DNA of 62,695 nt from a virus. A program made the translations under genes and the position numbers. Location: IMG/VR virus record IMGVR_UViG_3300002461_000278, positions 1-62,695 of that record. The stretch is one strand, 5' to 3'. Shown here in pieces: positions 61,798 through 62,695 of the stretch. Each line of letters begins with the position of its first letter. Position 1 is the first letter of the stretch. The notes beneath the pieces were generated by a model, which was given only the letters and a program-made list of their open reading frames with translations, was not told the DNA's origin and did not search any database.

Positions 61798-62459
61798 AAG
61801 CGGTAATTCAGCCCGAGCCGCACAAGGTCCGTGTTCAAGCGGCTGTAGGTCACGGCGATCGCCGGAACCGTCGTCGTGTACGTGTTCGTGGTGCTGCCGA
61901 AGCTCATGTGCAGATACTCGACGCGCGCCGTCCAGCGATCCCACACTGCAGCCTCAACGCCGCCGCCGATCGCATAGCCGGTCAGCTCATTGGTGGCGGA
62001 GTAGGTGCCAGCGATACCAGCAACGCCCACGCCATCGTGTTTCACCGACGTGTAGGCCAGACCGCCGGTGACGTAAGGCATCCAGCGGCCCATAGCCAAG
62101 CCAAGCCGGCCGCGCACCGTGCCGAAGTAGTCCATCTTCTGCGTTTCGGTGATGGTGACGCCGCCGCCGGTGAAGGTGTTGCTGCCTTCGAGGTTGCCGC
62201 CTTGAATGTCGGCTTCAACGCCGAGCACGATCGCGCCAGCCTGCCAGTTGTAGCCGATCTGACCGCCGCCGAACGCGCCGTCGCCGGAAGCTACACCCTG
62301 CTTGGCCCAGCCGTAGCCGCCGTTCACGCCGATGTAAAAGCCGGTCCAGTTGTAGGCGGTGGAGACGACGGGCGCCGCCTTGTACGACATGTCTGCCGCG
62401 ACGGCCGGAAGGCCGGTCAGAGCAAGAGCAGCAAATGAAGCCAGAATCGCGCGGCGCAT
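61794..62459 (-). CDS. Outer-membrane beta-barrel protein (Omp25/Omp31/OmpA-like porin family)
   Basis: The signal peptide is MRRAILASFAALALTGLPAVAA. It has the motifs WTGFYIGVNGGYGW, YFGTVRGRLG and GGLAY, and the terminal GLNYRF. Confidence 0.8.
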   Translation of the reverse strand: MRRAILASFAALALTGLPAVAADMSYKAAPVVSTAYNWTGFYIGVNGGYGWAKQGVASGDGAFGGGQIGYNWQAGAIVLGVEADIQGGNLEGSNTFTGGGVTITETQKMDYFGTVRGRLGLAMGRWMPYVTGGLAYTSVKHDGVGVAGIAGTYSATNELTGYAIGGGVEAAVWDRWTARVEYLHMSFGSTTNTYTTTVPAIAVTYSRLNTDLVRLGLNYRF

Positions 62460-62542
62460 GGTGGTTCCCCCAGGTGGTCAGGGGCGGGAGCTAACTACAA
62501 CCTATGGAATGAGTCCAGAGCGGCATTCCCGTGCTCAACAGC

Positions 62543-62695
62543 CTAAAGGCCGAAACGCCACCAAAGCGTACCGAATCCGGCCGCAAAACCGATGATTGCG
62601 CCGCCGTCGCGCGGGATTAGGGCGCCGATCCCGGGCGCTCGATCGAGCAGGAAGCGGTGGAGCAGCCATCCCGCGATGGCGTGTTCGCCGACCAG
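62543..62695 (-). CDS. Small two-TM membrane protein, 3' part (same ORF as 1..145; truncated by the window end)
   Basis: The stop is TAG at 62545..62543. The region 62602..62695 duplicates 1..94. Confidence 0.4.
   Translation of the reverse strand: MVGEHAIAGWLLHRFLLDRAPGIGALIPRDGGAIIGFAAGFGTLWWRFGL
62602..62695. repeat. Terminal direct repeat, copy 2
   Basis: Identical to 1..94. Confidence 0.95.

Noticed and set aside
1-62695. The 94-bp terminal repeats as attL/attR of an integrated prophage.
   Set aside because: - The tRNA-derived att core and the integrase are internal.
- An ORF reads in frame across the junction.
- No host-like flanking genes are present.

Overview
The window appears to be one complete genome of about 62.6 kb from a temperate, high-GC dsDNA phage. 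Codon usage and an Omp25/31-type outer-membrane gene suggest a Rhizobiales/Bradyrhizobium-like host; that is inference. The last 94 nt repeat the first 94 nt exactly, so the unit length is 62,601 bp, and a small ORF reads in frame across that junction.

Layout:
- 0.2-16.5 kb, minus strand: a tightly packed, translationally coupled early operon of about 35 genes. It includes a HerA/FtsK-like ATPase, a ParB-N-domain protein, a RecD-like helicase, a second P-loop ATPase, an XRE regulator and many Cys4 mini-proteins. A lysogeny module sits inside it: a tRNA-Asp 3' fragment (attP-like), a tyrosine integrase and a putative Xis.
- 16.5-17.4 kb: an AT-richer control region with operator-like repeats and a divergent cI-like/Cro-like gene pair.
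- 17.4-24.1 kb, plus strand: early/middle genes, ending in an HExxH metallopeptidase and a CX5R phosphatase.
- 24.1-50.3 kb: packaging and virion genes. These are TerS, TerL, portal, scaffold, an HK97-type capsid protein, Gly-rich fibre proteins, an embedded lysis cassette, a pectate-lyase-fold tailspike, a P22 gp10-sized hub protein and internal-protein candidates. No tape-measure, tube or sheath gene was seen, so a short-tailed virion is inferred.
- 50.3-61.8 kb: a single 3841-codon polyvalent ORF carrying N6-adenine methyltransferase, strawberry-notch-type helicase and HExxH motifs.
- Accessory (moron-like) genes: an SGNH hydrolase, a TAT-signal protein, a lipoprotein and an OMP.

Strongest leads:
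1. A 138-codon ORF in the +1 frame, with native codon bias, embedded in the linker of the giant gene while the giant frame also stays open.
2. The giant DarB-like polyvalent protein itself.
3. A 12-bp palindrome, GTCACGCGTGAC, present 7 times, mostly just upstream of gene starts.
4. A 35-bp inverted repeat pair placed upstream of two exported-protein genes.

All functional calls rest on motifs read by eye from the supplied translations. No database search was run.
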